A stretch of DNA of 64,000 nt from an uncultured Candidatus Poseidoniales archaeon (GCA_963934015.1 CAWVWT010000001.1:120574-184573); one strand, 5' to 3'. Counted from the stretch's first letter, positions 52,201-63,751 are shown. Notes: generated from the sequence alone by a model not told the origin. Translations and numbers: made by a program.

Positions 52201-53384
52201 CCGATGAAAGGGGATTGGAATCGCTGCCCAAGAGTTACACAATCCATATCGCCAACCCACTTCCAATGCCCGTTCTGTCTACACACGAAGCTTGGCTTAA
52301 CGGGACTGTTGTAACTGTACCTGGATCTGATTTATCAGTCTACAATTGGCGACGGACCTTCACAGACACAGGAGATATTTTCGTTGCACCAGGAACTGTT
52401 TTGCGATTTTCTTCGGCCGGTTCACGGGATATGGATACGACCTTTGATGGGATGCTAAACCCAAATCAAGGAGCAGCTGATTGGAATGGAATTGTAGATA
52501 CCACATGGAACTGGGGAGATGCTTCCCCACCATCACATGAATACGATGCGTGGCATATTTTTGAACAGCCAGGATATTACACCGTGACTCTTACTGTCAG
52601 AGATGGCTACGGGACAGGGGATAGCAATTCAACAACGATTGGAATCTGGGTTTCAAGTGCCCCAACCATTTATCCTGATCACGTTATTGTCGATGGAATC
52701 GCTTTCAGTGGATACCTGAATGTTATCGAAGCCTATGCCGATGATTTCGACATGGTGTCTGGAATGATTGCTTGGCGCGATGATGATGCAATGACCGATA
52801 GCGACAGTGATGGCATTACGGACAATGATCAAGATACACCACTCAATACAGACCTCACCTACTGGTGGGACCTAGACGATAGCATAGATGACGATGGGAA
52901 TGGTAATTTCAATGATGATTGGACAACCAACCCCGTTGTCCGTGAAGGGCGAGGAAATGATGTGCAATGGAATGAATCCGGTGAATATGTCATCCGGTTG
53001 AAAATCTGTGACGACACTGATGTCTGCACCATTGAAACCTATGATGTCATCGTTCGAAACCCAGATGATTCCGATGATGTATTGGGTGATTTGTCATGGA
53101 AGGATTTGCTTCCTTCGACTGATTCTAGTAGTTTGTACATCATCATCCTCATCGCTTTGGTACTAACCCTCGGATGGTTGGTCATGCGAGAACCAGAGGA
53201 AATCGAAGTCGAAGCCGAGCATGCCGCCAGTACTTACGATGTTGCTGAAGTCCACACCGAAGGTGGTATTTTGGGTATGGACCAGCATACACCTCCCCCA
53301 AAACCAACTCATTTGACCAAAGATGATCGGCGCAGCAAGGATTCGGGTTATGTACGACCTGTCACCAGCAGACGTCGGCGGTGA
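49227..53384 (+). CDS. Secreted HExxH zinc metalloprotease with multiple PKD domains and a C-terminal TM anchor (1385 aa)
   Basis: Signal peptide MSAGNRSQCLFLVSLMILVSWVPFAAA. Zinc-binding site ILAHEFQHLLHN...IWIDEGNADMAAF (HExxH plus downstream Glu). At least four PKD-like repeats (YNWNFGDN..YNVTLTVVDQGG; FTWDFGDGT..YNLTLHVDDG; ..GVYSVTLIVTDERG; WNWGDAS..YTVTLTVRDGYG). C-terminal LYIIILIALVLTLGWLVM is followed by a charged tail. Confidence 0.75.
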   Translation: MSAGNRSQCLFLVSLMILVSWVPFAAANDGDSNPEYTSAGGLFYNLDEFDPMANGKPYLFAGGEDELIFSATRHLKQQWADEGYPGLVLPFEETATSARTAGRACENAWTAGETGTVQTTAGQIQISAMHVTANAAILIENGQSVSSTTLNNIGSTWETTIFPTNTNYFGNPPDVDNNCQIEIVIYAIDGGANIGGYFMPSMSSTREIIYVDIDDLSWRNTILAHEFQHLLHNARDPFEYIWIDEGNADMAAFLCFGASNAVIGHANAWTQNASASVRWWNQRIGDYGAGFMFMLFLADNLGGGSAIRQLVSDTLTGGQGIEDLAQTLGPSGTPIGTTMTDIFANFTASVTLDHGTQAEFGLDNIDMYETCGNNQFCRIQLSGSNLNWAGIWQSGTQDIEGWGVHAFRFLDGTGTPLNIMIQPSELGFAATVLTHDAAAGTWSMEQLRFDELTGIGTALIPSFGNATDDVYLIVWYESGVDDCDYTSPNCAFPGGAEYPIATFDVTAGIISQPAEITVTQEIKTDRDEDGDVDTVEATVDVISSAFYEVLDIEVKAYENNTLHDSSEFSIEAGDTVPVGSTNQTIWYTPPWDGDWTLHFTMRNQIGEIVDEALTLPITLANMAPVAEGSAAANATQTWLPLQFFGAGYDLWGLGLTNESFSHNETPVGYNWNFGDNLPGSGLKDPMRSWQNPGMYNVTLTVVDQGGAISAIQTWEISVNDTEPPTPRIDVGSPPAAISDPYTLLTSQRVQFSAARSEDNVPLNQLTFTWDFGDGTILSGQGLYDVSHEWDIGSSNGTPYNLTLHVDDGTHVANMSVTILIMNRVPRQVWFEDLQTSTLTPLDLPTVFTDDDGAIMATDWWFDENVNFDGGIVTMSSPFVDNHSTDTNPVPAWATPGWKNVTIFATDDSGDVSWTVLHIEVLNQRPVAIFPRPDDGATNTMYTFLSSSFDPDGNSGNMSHNWTISGIQDPITNNQVNHMFTEPGVYSVTLIVTDERGLESLPKSYTIHIANPLPMPVLSTHEAWLNGTVVTVPGSDLSVYNWRRTFTDTGDIFVAPGTVLRFSSAGSRDMDTTFDGMLNPNQGAADWNGIVDTTWNWGDASPPSHEYDAWHIFEQPGYYTVTLTVRDGYGTGDSNSTTIGIWVSSAPTIYPDHVIVDGIAFSGYLNVIEAYADDFDMVSGMIAWRDDDAMTDSDSDGITDNDQDTPLNTDLTYWWDLDDSIDDDGNGNFNDDWTTNPVVREGRGNDVQWNESGEYVIRLKICDDTDVCTIETYDVIVRNPDDSDDVLGDLSWKDLLPSTDSSSLYIIILIALVLTLGWLVMREPEEIEVEAEHAASTYDVAEVHTEGGILGMDQHTPPPKPTHLTKDDRRSKDSGYVRPVTSRRRR

Positions 53385-53388
53385 GATT

Positions 53389-54348
53389 GTGGTAAGAAAT
53401 ACGAGACTTAGCGTGACCGTTGTAGTCACACTACTGCTTCTACCATTGTTATCCGTGATTTCTTACGAAACAGGTATCGAAATCGCATCCGTTGCATCAG
53501 CCCAAGACCGCCCCCCCTGCAAAATTGGGATGCCCATCGATGAATGGTCAGTTGAACAATTCAGCTTGACTGGAAATGGAATGGCTGGTGAAGAGGGGCA
53601 ATGGTGGGAGGGTGATTCGGGCCCAACATATGAATATGAACATTGTCCACTTCAATCATCATTCAGCACCTCATTTGTGCTAAACAATGATTCCGCTGTT
53701 GGCCTAAGGATGCACCTGACCACGGGCTGGAAATACACATTTTCAGTCAATCTACAAAACCTCAATGAATCCGATGAAAAACCTATTGCAGATGTGTATT
53801 TACTTCAACAAAATCATTTCGAACGATATGAATTTGATTTTGATTCGCGACATAACGAATGGGATGGAATGCGTGACGATATTGCTCATTCTGCACCTTG
53901 GTTACAGAACCTGATTATTTGGAAACCATTCAGAGATGTCCATTCCTATGAGAAATTGCATGAAGTTGATTTTGCCGTAGCACTCGATCACGAAGAACGA
54001 AGTTACTCACTGTGGGATGATTCCGCTGAAATTGAGGAAATGTTTCTTCTCGTTGAATCATGGAACAATATTCGTGATTATGACGCCAAGTCACAAGCGG
54101 TCAACTATAGCGTCGATGTGACCGTTCAAGTCGAAGAACGATTCTCACTTCCTAACTGGACGGTGTCATTGGCCTGTTGCAGTGGGTTGATTGGTATCCT
54201 CGCAGCACCTTTCCTTGTTCACAGTCGCTACATGAAAGCGGGATTGGATGTTATCGAATCCGGTGGTGGGGATATGATGCCACATCTCGATACTGAACCA
54301 GAGAGAGCGCCGACTATACAGGATCAGTCTCAACCACCCACAGGGTGA
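53389..54348 (+). CDS. Unknown secreted/membrane protein (N-terminal signal/TM and C-terminal TM), probably co-transcribed with the metalloprotease
   Basis: GTG 53389 (MVRNTRLSVTVVVTLLLLPLLSVISYE) follows GGTGAG and lies 4 nt after the protease stop. C-terminal TM LACCSGLIGILAAPFLV. No recognised motif. The track ORF starts at 53323, inside the protease gene. Confidence 0.45.
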   Translation: MVRNTRLSVTVVVTLLLLPLLSVISYETGIEIASVASAQDRPPCKIGMPIDEWSVEQFSLTGNGMAGEEGQWWEGDSGPTYEYEHCPLQSSFSTSFVLNNDSAVGLRMHLTTGWKYTFSVNLQNLNESDEKPIADVYLLQQNHFERYEFDFDSRHNEWDGMRDDIAHSAPWLQNLIIWKPFRDVHSYEKLHEVDFAVALDHEERSYSLWDDSAEIEEMFLLVESWNNIRDYDAKSQAVNYSVDVTVQVEERFSLPNWTVSLACCSGLIGILAAPFLVHSRYMKAGLDVIESGGGDMMPHLDTEPERAPTIQDQSQPPTG

Positions 54349-55179
54349 TTATTCGTATTCTAGAACGCTCCAAGCGGTTCGTAAGTCATTGATGTTGACC
54401 TGTCCTTGCTTGACCAGAGAATAATCTCGGTCAAGGGTAGTGTAAACCAGCGCCTGTTTGAGTAGAGGGGCGTGGATTCGCGTCCAATCCCCACCAGGGC
54501 CTGTGCCCATCAGTGCGACCTTAGTATCTCCACCAGAAAGAAGGTGGGCGGCCTCAAAGATGTGTAAGCTATGAGCATGCTGAACCCTCTGATAGCAACA
54601 CTTTATGATTGAACCTGCCTCAGAATTGGCATTGACGAAATCGACAATTTCTTTGGATGAAGATACAGCGGGTTGGTGACTAGACGCGATGATTTGAGTT
54701 GCGTCACCACAGGCCTTAACCAAGGCCTTGCGAGCCTTTGCAGCCATGGAAATTTCAATGTCAATCCACGACACCCCACTTTCTATTGCAGTATTTAATA
54801 TCGCCACACGGGTATCCTCATCACCATGGAAGAAGCCATCTTCAGCAGTAGAACGGCAAGTGAAAATAACTGGGATTTGGATACCATCTTTGAGGTTTTT
54901 AATCGATGACTCGACATCGATGTCGTCGACGGGTCGATTTTCCATAATTGGAGGTTGCTTTTCGGTAGACTCTTCACCATTTGCCTTCTTGATGATGATA
55001 GGTTCGACTTCGATTCGAGTGACATAGAGGTTGTCGAAGCGAACCTCGACAATATCGGCACCAGCTGCTGTCGCTCTGCTAGCATCTCGAATCATGTCAC
55101 CTACGCTGTGACCACGCAAGGAAACGCAGATGTCTGGCTCTGTCATCGACGCGGGGACCCACACACCCTGTTTAATCAT
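54349..55179 (-). CDS. aroD: 3-dehydroquinate dehydratase type I (AroD) with a ~50-aa insertion
   Basis: Colinear with E. coli AroD: PDICVSLRG, AGADIVEVRFD, IPVIFTCRSTAEDG, DIEI, IASSHQ, TKVALMGTG, QGQVNINDLRTAW. Insert NLYVTRIEVEPIIIKKANGEESTEKQPPIMENRPVDDIDVESSIKNLKDG. ATG at 55179 was chosen; a TAATTATG TATA-like box on the minus strand at 55207-55215 fits a leaderless transcript. The track start is GTG 55203. Confidence 0.7.
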   Translation of the reverse strand: MIKQGVWVPASMTEPDICVSLRGHSVGDMIRDASRATAAGADIVEVRFDNLYVTRIEVEPIIIKKANGEESTEKQPPIMENRPVDDIDVESSIKNLKDGIQIPVIFTCRSTAEDGFFHGDEDTRVAILNTAIESGVSWIDIEISMAAKARKALVKACGDATQIIASSHQPAVSSSKEIVDFVNANSEAGSIIKCCYQRVQHAHSLHIFEAAHLLSGGDTKVALMGTGPGGDWTRIHAPLLKQALVYTTLDRDYSLVKQGQVNINDLRTAWSVLEYE

Positions 55180-55344
55180 ATTGCGACCACACCGCACATA
55201 CACTTACCATAATTATCGCACCCGATATCCCCTCCTTGGATCAAGTGATTTGATGTATTTTAGCGGCGCAATAAAGGTGCTAAAATGGGGCGATTATCGG
55301 TGCATTAAGCGAATCATTCAATAACCTCGGCGGGCCACAAATGA

Positions 55345-57396
<2,052 letters not shown>

Positions 57397-57402
57397 GGTG
57401 AT

Positions 57403-60138
57403 TTGATGAGCGATGAAGAATTACCAGCAAACCCAACCGACAATCAAGTTCGACACACAGTCGACCAAGAAATGCAAACGTCATACATTAACTATGCAAT
57501 GTCTGTGATTATTGGACGTGCACTGCCTGAAGTTCGTGATGGATTGAAACCAGTTCACCGCCGCGTTTTATTTGGCATGTACGAAGCAGGACATACATCT
57601 GACCGCTCGTACTCCAAATCAGCCCGCTCAGTGGGTGAAGTCATGGGTAAGTTTCACCCGCATGGTGACCAATCCATCTACGACACAATGGTTCGCATGG
57701 CTCAAGATTTCAGTTTGCGATATCCATTGATTGATGGGCAGGGGAATTTCGGAAGTATCGATGGTGACAAGGCAGCTGCCATGCGCTACACTGAAAGTCG
57801 ACTCGATCGCTTGGCTAAGCACATGTTGGATGACATCAAGAAAGATACTGTCGATTTTCAACCGAACTTTGATGATTCAGAACAAGAACCCCAGGTATTA
57901 CCAGCTCGATTGCCTAACCTACTCCTCAATGGAAGCGATGGGATTGCTGTTGGTATGGCGACAAAAATTCCACCACATAATCTCACGGAAGTGGCTGCTG
58001 CAGTCCATTTACACGTCGGTAGGATTATGGAAGAGGGTGAAGAAAACGGAGACCCTGAAAACCCACCTGCAATCGATGTGGGCGAATATATGCAACATAT
58101 GAAGGGCCCCGATTTCCCCACAGGTGCAACCATCCATGGCATTGATGGAATTCGCGACATGTATGAAACTGGACATGGCCGATTCCATGTTCGGGCTCAT
58201 TGCGAAGTGTTCGACGATGACAAAGGAAAACGTATTGTTGTTCACGAAATCCCCTACCAAGTGAAAAAAGCAGGGATGCTAATAGCCATCGCTGACCTGG
58301 TGAGAAAGGAAACCGTCAAGGGAATCCGAGATATTCGGGATGAATCGAGTAAAGAGGGTATTCGCGTAGTCATAGAAATCAAACAGAATGCAGACCCACA
58401 TGCCGTACTGAATCAATTGTATCGCTCTAGTCGCCTCCAAGAATCATACTCTGCCAACATGATGGGAATCATCAACAAACAACCAGTCCAACTGACACTC
58501 CCTGTGATACTGCATGCATACGTGCGACATCGGGAAGAAGTCATTCGGCGCCGCACACAATTTGATCTTGCAAAGGCCGAGGCACGCGCACATATTCTTG
58601 AAGGGCTTGTCAAGGCAAAAACACGTATTGACGATGTTATAACTGCTGGCAAGGGTGCTGATAGTCGTGAACATTTCGAGCAAGTATTACGTGGTGACGT
58701 CAAATTTGGAAAAATAGCAGTCTTTGATTTCTCTGAACCACAGGCCAAAGCAATTGCAGAACGTCGACTCTACCAACTATCAAAGGTGGATACCAAGAAG
58801 GTCGATGATGAATTCAACGAACTCAAAACTGACATTGCTGAATACAACTCGATTCTAGCAAGTCGGAGTCGACAACTGGATATCCTGTTAACCGAATTGG
58901 ATGAAATGGTCGAGAAGCATGGTGATGAACGCCGTACTAATGTCGACCCAATGCCACTTTCAATGGACCGTGAAGATCTGGTTGAAGAACGCGCAATCGT
59001 CATATCTCTTTCTGAAGACAATTACATCCGTCACCTTCCGGTTGAAGCATTCCGTGTCCAAAACCGTGGCGGTAAAGGTCTCAAAGGAGTCGCTACAAAG
59101 GATGAGGATTTTCCCAAATCGATTCTTACATGCTTCAGTAAAGATCGGCTACTTATTTTCACCGACCAGGGGCGAGTCTACGGTCTAAAGGCATGGGAAA
59201 CCCCGCAAGGAAGTCGACATAGCCGTGGAAGCCATATTCGAAACCTAATCGAGAGATTGCGTGAAGATGAAAAAGTTGTTACAATTCTGCCAATATCCAA
59301 GGATTTACAGGAAAACCCAGATGGGCATTACTTGATATTTGCAACACATGAAGGCATCGTAAAGCGTTCCAAACTTGGAGATTATACCAGAATCAATCGA
59401 AATGGAAAGTACGCATTGAACTTCAAAACTGAAACTGATACACTTGTTGCGGTTCGTGAAGCTACTGATGAAGACCATGTAGTCTTAGTCTCCCGAAATG
59501 GTCGAGCATGCAGATTCAAACCCAGTGAAACGAAGATAAAAGACGACGGAACCACTGTATTTACTGTCAAGGTCCAAGGAAGAGTGACCGCAGGTGTCCG
59601 CGGTATGAGTCTGAAAGAAGGAGATCACGTTGTTGGGATGATTGCCACCTCAAATGAAGAAACACATGTCCTCACACTTTCGAAGTTTGGAATGGCCAAG
59701 CGTAGCCGTCTAGGTGATGGTGATATGCATGATGTGTTGGATGCCAATGGTGAGAAGGTGTGGGATGATCGCACTGGAAAATTCAAGCAAGAACGCGATG
59801 GCTATCGGAAAACCAGTCGGGGTGCGGGTGGTGTTGGTACCATGAAACTGAATGAAGAACCTCGCGATGAAATTGTGCGAGTTCACACCATTCCAGATTT
59901 GGGTGACCAACTATTCCTACTGACTACCAAAGGCATGATGATTCGAGTCAGAGCCGACCAAACAAAAGAGACAACCGGAAAGTCGACCAAAGGCACACGT
60001 GTAATGGAATTGCGTGACCGCGAAAAAGGTGGTTTTGTTGATGAAATTATCTTCTCTGCACGCCTACCTGCCGAACTTATCGATGAAGATGATTCGGAAC
60101 CCGTTTCAGAACCTGTTGTTGATGGCGAAGACGAGTGA
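57403..60138 (+). CDS. gyrA: DNA gyrase subunit A
   Basis: AMSVIIGRALPEVRDGLKPVHRRVLFGM, HPHGDQSIYDT, AAMRYTE (active-site Tyr), and GyrA-box/beta-pinwheel C-terminal domain. The GAGGTGA SD sits 5 nt upstream and the gap to gyrB is 6 nt. Confidence 0.95.
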   Translation: MMSDEELPANPTDNQVRHTVDQEMQTSYINYAMSVIIGRALPEVRDGLKPVHRRVLFGMYEAGHTSDRSYSKSARSVGEVMGKFHPHGDQSIYDTMVRMAQDFSLRYPLIDGQGNFGSIDGDKAAAMRYTESRLDRLAKHMLDDIKKDTVDFQPNFDDSEQEPQVLPARLPNLLLNGSDGIAVGMATKIPPHNLTEVAAAVHLHVGRIMEEGEENGDPENPPAIDVGEYMQHMKGPDFPTGATIHGIDGIRDMYETGHGRFHVRAHCEVFDDDKGKRIVVHEIPYQVKKAGMLIAIADLVRKETVKGIRDIRDESSKEGIRVVIEIKQNADPHAVLNQLYRSSRLQESYSANMMGIINKQPVQLTLPVILHAYVRHREEVIRRRTQFDLAKAEARAHILEGLVKAKTRIDDVITAGKGADSREHFEQVLRGDVKFGKIAVFDFSEPQAKAIAERRLYQLSKVDTKKVDDEFNELKTDIAEYNSILASRSRQLDILLTELDEMVEKHGDERRTNVDPMPLSMDREDLVEERAIVISLSEDNYIRHLPVEAFRVQNRGGKGLKGVATKDEDFPKSILTCFSKDRLLIFTDQGRVYGLKAWETPQGSRHSRGSHIRNLIERLREDEKVVTILPISKDLQENPDGHYLIFATHEGIVKRSKLGDYTRINRNGKYALNFKTETDTLVAVREATDEDHVVLVSRNGRACRFKPSETKIKDDGTTVFTVKVQGRVTAGVRGMSLKEGDHVVGMIATSNEETHVLTLSKFGMAKRSRLGDGDMHDVLDANGEKVWDDRTGKFKQERDGYRKTSRGAGGVGTMKLNEEPRDEIVRVHTIPDLGDQLFLLTTKGMMIRVRADQTKETTGKSTKGTRVMELRDREKGGFVDEIIFSARLPAELIDEDDSEPVSEPVVDGEDE

Positions 60139-60151
60139 GTAAACCACTCGG

Positions 60152-60159
60152 CTTAAATC
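60152..60159 (+). promoter_or_regulatory. TATA box (CTTAAATC) about 28 nt upstream of tRNA-Ser
   Basis: Position and sequence are consistent with an archaeal tRNA promoter. Confidence 0.4.
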
Positions 60160-60183
60160 AAAAATGCAGGTCGTGCGGCTACT

Positions 60184-60270
60184 GCGACGTTCGCATAGCC
60201 TGGCCATCGCGCTGGATTGCTAATCCAGTGGGTTTTACCCTCGGGAGTTCAAATCTCCCACGTCGCGCCA
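60184..60270 (+). tRNA. tRNA-Ser (anticodon GCT), type II with long variable arm and encoded CCA
   Basis: Acceptor GCGACGT/ACGTCGC is perfect. Anticodon stem CTGGA/TCCAG, loop TTGCTAA. Variable arm GGGT-TTTA-CCC. T-arm GGGAG-TTCAAAT-CTCCC. Discriminator G plus CCA. The D-arm is irregular (CGC/GCG with a 14-nt loop, or a 2-bp stem). Confidence 0.7.
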
Positions 60271-63200
60271 TCACTCGAAGAAGTCTTCGAGGTCATCTGC
60301 GAATTCATCTGCGTCTGAAAAACGACGCGCGCGGGCTCGCTTTTTCTTGAGTTTCACTTTCTGTTCCTTGAATTTGTTAATCAACATTGGAATCAGCAGG
60401 ATATTCATAACACCCAATGCAATGCAGACGATTCCAGCTTGCTGGAATGCGCCTGATGCCAGATCATTTTGAAGTCGACCATCCCATGGGTAAGTGCAAG
60501 AACCATCTTCAATCAGTGCATCGGGATTGTGATTTTCTGCAGTTTGATCCCTGCAGCCCTCAACTGGCGGCTGGTTGTGAGGGTAATCCCAGAACATATC
60601 GTCCACTTCAATTCCGATTGCGTTACCATTCCTGACAAGATAATCACTATTCTCAACTGAATCGAATGGGATGAGGACGTAGTAGTAAAATTGCTCAACC
60701 TTAATTGATTCACGTAGGCCACTCTCAGTTTCATTGAACCATGATGTTTCACCTGGGTCACCTTGTAATCCGATTTGTAATGGCTCCATGAAAGTAACAC
60801 TGGGGAGAATGACTTGGGAACGGTAGAGATTCCAAGTAAGTGGGCCCTCGTCATCGACTTCAGGCCAGGTCCAACTTACATGCACTGAATGTCGCTTGGA
60901 ACCCGTACTATTATCGAAGGAGATTGTTGCCGCCATGTCTTCAACAGTGGTTTCAGGATTGGAATTGTCGACACATACTTCGTTGACAATCATACGCTCC
61001 TCAACAGAATCCCATACACCATTGGATACATTTCCGAATCTCCAATCGATCGAACCTGCCCGTGTATGTGACATCACAAGATAAGACAGGCAGGTACCTT
61101 GCTCCCAGAAGTTGGGATCTTGCCAAGATTCAGTATCCCCTGATACATTGGTAACTGAGTAGCCACCAGTCGATGAACTGAAATGTGTTGCAGAATCATA
61201 GGGGAATATGAACCGGAAGACGTCTTTTCTAAAAATCCGCCAACCACCGAAATATGGGTTCTCATAATCTCCTTCATTGTCCCACGTAATTTTTACTTGG
61301 CCATCTTTTTGCAGAATCATTGTTAGATTAGCAGGATTTACTTCAACCGGATTCAGCTCACCGATGATCATGAATGACCCCCCGTTATTCTCTGTCGCCA
61401 TCAAATGAAGAGTTCCATTATTGACGACTGTATAACTTTCTGAGCCACTCAACTCGGTTGTAACAACATCATCCCAACTAGATAGTCGTAACAACTCCAC
61501 AGTTGATTGATCGATTGAGGAGGGGAGGAATTGACCTAAATCCAACCAAGCCTCAATACTGTCAACATTGATGTCAACCCCGTATGGCGAATCCATGGTT
61601 AGGTTAAACAAAACCAACGGTTCCTTGCCTTTGTTATATGCAGCAGGATAGAAAACGCCTGCCGGTGGTAATTGAGGTTCATCAAACACAAGTTCCATGG
61701 AATATGTTGAGATAGAAATACCACTGATGACATGTGGCATCGATTGAATCTCAACTCGGTTGAGAATGCGGATGGGTTGGGTCGCAATCTCTAGGTTTCC
61801 GGCTTCATCTGTAACATAGAGGGTTAGAACCCACTCCCCCATAGGTAGTGTGACATTCGTGACGGCACCATAACCCAATATTTCCATGAAATTCATCCTC
61901 CATGTGTAGTTCAATGGCATCGGTGCCTGTGGATCAACAGCAGCTACAGCGAGTATGCTCTCTCCGGTTTCGTATACAGCGGAGGGACTTGGATTCGCAA
62001 CCGTTGGATTAATGGCTCCAAAGTCAACGATGATGGCCTGTTCAAACCAATTGTCACTTGGTAGTGTGTCGATGTGCCCATCAGTTGTTGTAATCGAAAC
62101 ATTGAGGCTGTAAAGGCCGGTGGAAGCAAAATCAAAGTCACAATTGGTTTCTTCCCCTGGGGTTAATGTCACATCGCAATTATAGGGGCCGGCTGCAAGT
62201 TCACCAGTAGCTAAATTGTAGAGGTTGACTTCAACACGAGATGTTGCAGTGACCCAACCAATGTTGCCTGAAACAACTCGAATGGATTGTTCCCCATACG
62301 GGTATCTGACTAGATATTCGCCCCCTTGTAGAACATACGAGGTGGTACCACGTGCAGGTACGACTTCACGTATCCACACGTCCGTAGTATCATTCACTGT
62401 GATTTCGAAAATGATCATATCATTGTGTGGATTCGAATCCAAAAATGACCCATTCACCCATGCGCGGACTTCAAAGTCTCCAGCAAAGGGTGCAACAAGG
62501 TCAGGCAGTGGGATGGCTGCTGAACTGAAAGTCCCACTATAATCACCTAATTCATGATTATCTTCGGCAACCAGAATTTCAGATACAGTCATATCAACTG
62601 TAAAGCAAATTGTGCCATTTTCAATATCTGTATTGTACTGCCTATTTTGAACCGTTCCATCACCAGTAAATTCCCAATATTCTGTGTAAATTTCACTTCC
62701 ATTGAGGGTTGCTATCACTTGTACTGTATGATCCACCCCATATTCGGAACCGGAGACTGCGATATTCCCTAGAATCTTTGTCGATGTATTGCTAATGCCG
62801 ACCTGAATGTCAAACGGTGAGTGGTAGACACTGGATGTCGTGTCGTAGTGAGTTGCCGTATGAATAATCAATTCACCCGTCCCCTCTGAGTTCCCCATAC
62901 CTGTGTGATTCTTTTCCCAATCAACACAATCCTGCGAGTCGGCAACTAATGGGGTGACCAAATGCATTGACCAATGGCTTGAGAAATTCTGTGTCGCAGG
63001 CCAAGAGCGGCTACGAACATCGAGATTTGCGGGGATTGGGGAATTGCTATTGTAAACGGTTGATGTGTCAACGTCATGTCCATTGACAATTAAATCGACC
63101 AAGTTTTCTTCGATTATGACTGTATATCTAATGTGGTCATTAGTTGGATTATTGTCTTCAATGGCAAAATGGAACATGACTGTGAAAACACCTGAATACG

Positions 63201-63630
63201 TCGCTATATCGTTCGAATCAATGAACCAAAAGAATGAGTGAAATGAAACAATAGCTGAATCTCCATCGACGCCTGAACGATTGAGGTTAGGGGATTGTGC
63301 TGAACTCTCTTTGATGATATGCGGTGTTGGACAGTTCGCAAACCCAGTATAATCTCCTCCGCAAATTTCGAGAGAGATTGTGCGTGCATCGGCGTTGAAA
63401 TCATATTGATTTTCAATTAAAACCGAGGGTGTCCAATCGATGAGGTCGTTCGAGTCAAAATGAATTTCAGGTGTAGGTTCAATGGCTGCTGTGATGGCTA
63501 CATCATCGGTGGCTATACTCGCCTGAACGGGGCTCAAAAATGCCACGAAAGTGCTCAAAATCATGAGGGAAACAAGGGCCCCAGCACGGTGTTGATTACG
63601 CGCCCTACGGGCGCGCTGAACTGAACCCAT
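60271..63630 (-). CDS. Secreted 1119-aa cell-surface protein (CARDB/Ig-like repeats) with a C-terminal TM anchor and basic-then-acidic tail
   Basis: Signal peptide ..AGALVSLMILSTFVAFLSPVQA. C-terminal IVCIALGVMNILLIPMLI is followed by KFKEQKVKLKKKRARARRFSDADEFADDLEDFFE. The stop codon directly abuts the 3' end of tRNA-Ser. Confidence 0.68.
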   Translation of the reverse strand: MGSVQRARRARNQHRAGALVSLMILSTFVAFLSPVQASIATDDVAITAAIEPTPEIHFDSNDLIDWTPSVLIENQYDFNADARTISLEICGGDYTGFANCPTPHIIKESSAQSPNLNRSGVDGDSAIVSFHSFFWFIDSNDIATYSGVFTVMFHFAIEDNNPTNDHIRYTVIIEENLVDLIVNGHDVDTSTVYNSNSPIPANLDVRSRSWPATQNFSSHWSMHLVTPLVADSQDCVDWEKNHTGMGNSEGTGELIIHTATHYDTTSSVYHSPFDIQVGISNTSTKILGNIAVSGSEYGVDHTVQVIATLNGSEIYTEYWEFTGDGTVQNRQYNTDIENGTICFTVDMTVSEILVAEDNHELGDYSGTFSSAAIPLPDLVAPFAGDFEVRAWVNGSFLDSNPHNDMIIFEITVNDTTDVWIREVVPARGTTSYVLQGGEYLVRYPYGEQSIRVVSGNIGWVTATSRVEVNLYNLATGELAAGPYNCDVTLTPGEETNCDFDFASTGLYSLNVSITTTDGHIDTLPSDNWFEQAIIVDFGAINPTVANPSPSAVYETGESILAVAAVDPQAPMPLNYTWRMNFMEILGYGAVTNVTLPMGEWVLTLYVTDEAGNLEIATQPIRILNRVEIQSMPHVISGISISTYSMELVFDEPQLPPAGVFYPAAYNKGKEPLVLFNLTMDSPYGVDINVDSIEAWLDLGQFLPSSIDQSTVELLRLSSWDDVVTTELSGSESYTVVNNGTLHLMATENNGGSFMIIGELNPVEVNPANLTMILQKDGQVKITWDNEGDYENPYFGGWRIFRKDVFRFIFPYDSATHFSSSTGGYSVTNVSGDTESWQDPNFWEQGTCLSYLVMSHTRAGSIDWRFGNVSNGVWDSVEERMIVNEVCVDNSNPETTVEDMAATISFDNSTGSKRHSVHVSWTWPEVDDEGPLTWNLYRSQVILPSVTFMEPLQIGLQGDPGETSWFNETESGLRESIKVEQFYYYVLIPFDSVENSDYLVRNGNAIGIEVDDMFWDYPHNQPPVEGCRDQTAENHNPDALIEDGSCTYPWDGRLQNDLASGAFQQAGIVCIALGVMNILLIPMLINKFKEQKVKLKKKRARARRFSDADEFADDLEDFFE

Positions 63631-63751
63631 TGAACCGACGACCCCAAACGGCCCGTAAATACCCCTCGGCGAACTGACACTGTGTCAGAAGGATTGTGTC
63701 ATGCTAGGAAATGGGCCACAGGGTTGATGGATGCGACCTTTATGGCCACCT

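Noticed and set aside
55130-55324. 64-aa plus-strand ORF in the aroD/gyrB intergenic region
   Set aside because: It overlaps the aroD start and promoter and has no motif. The region is better explained as a divergent promoter plus hairpin.
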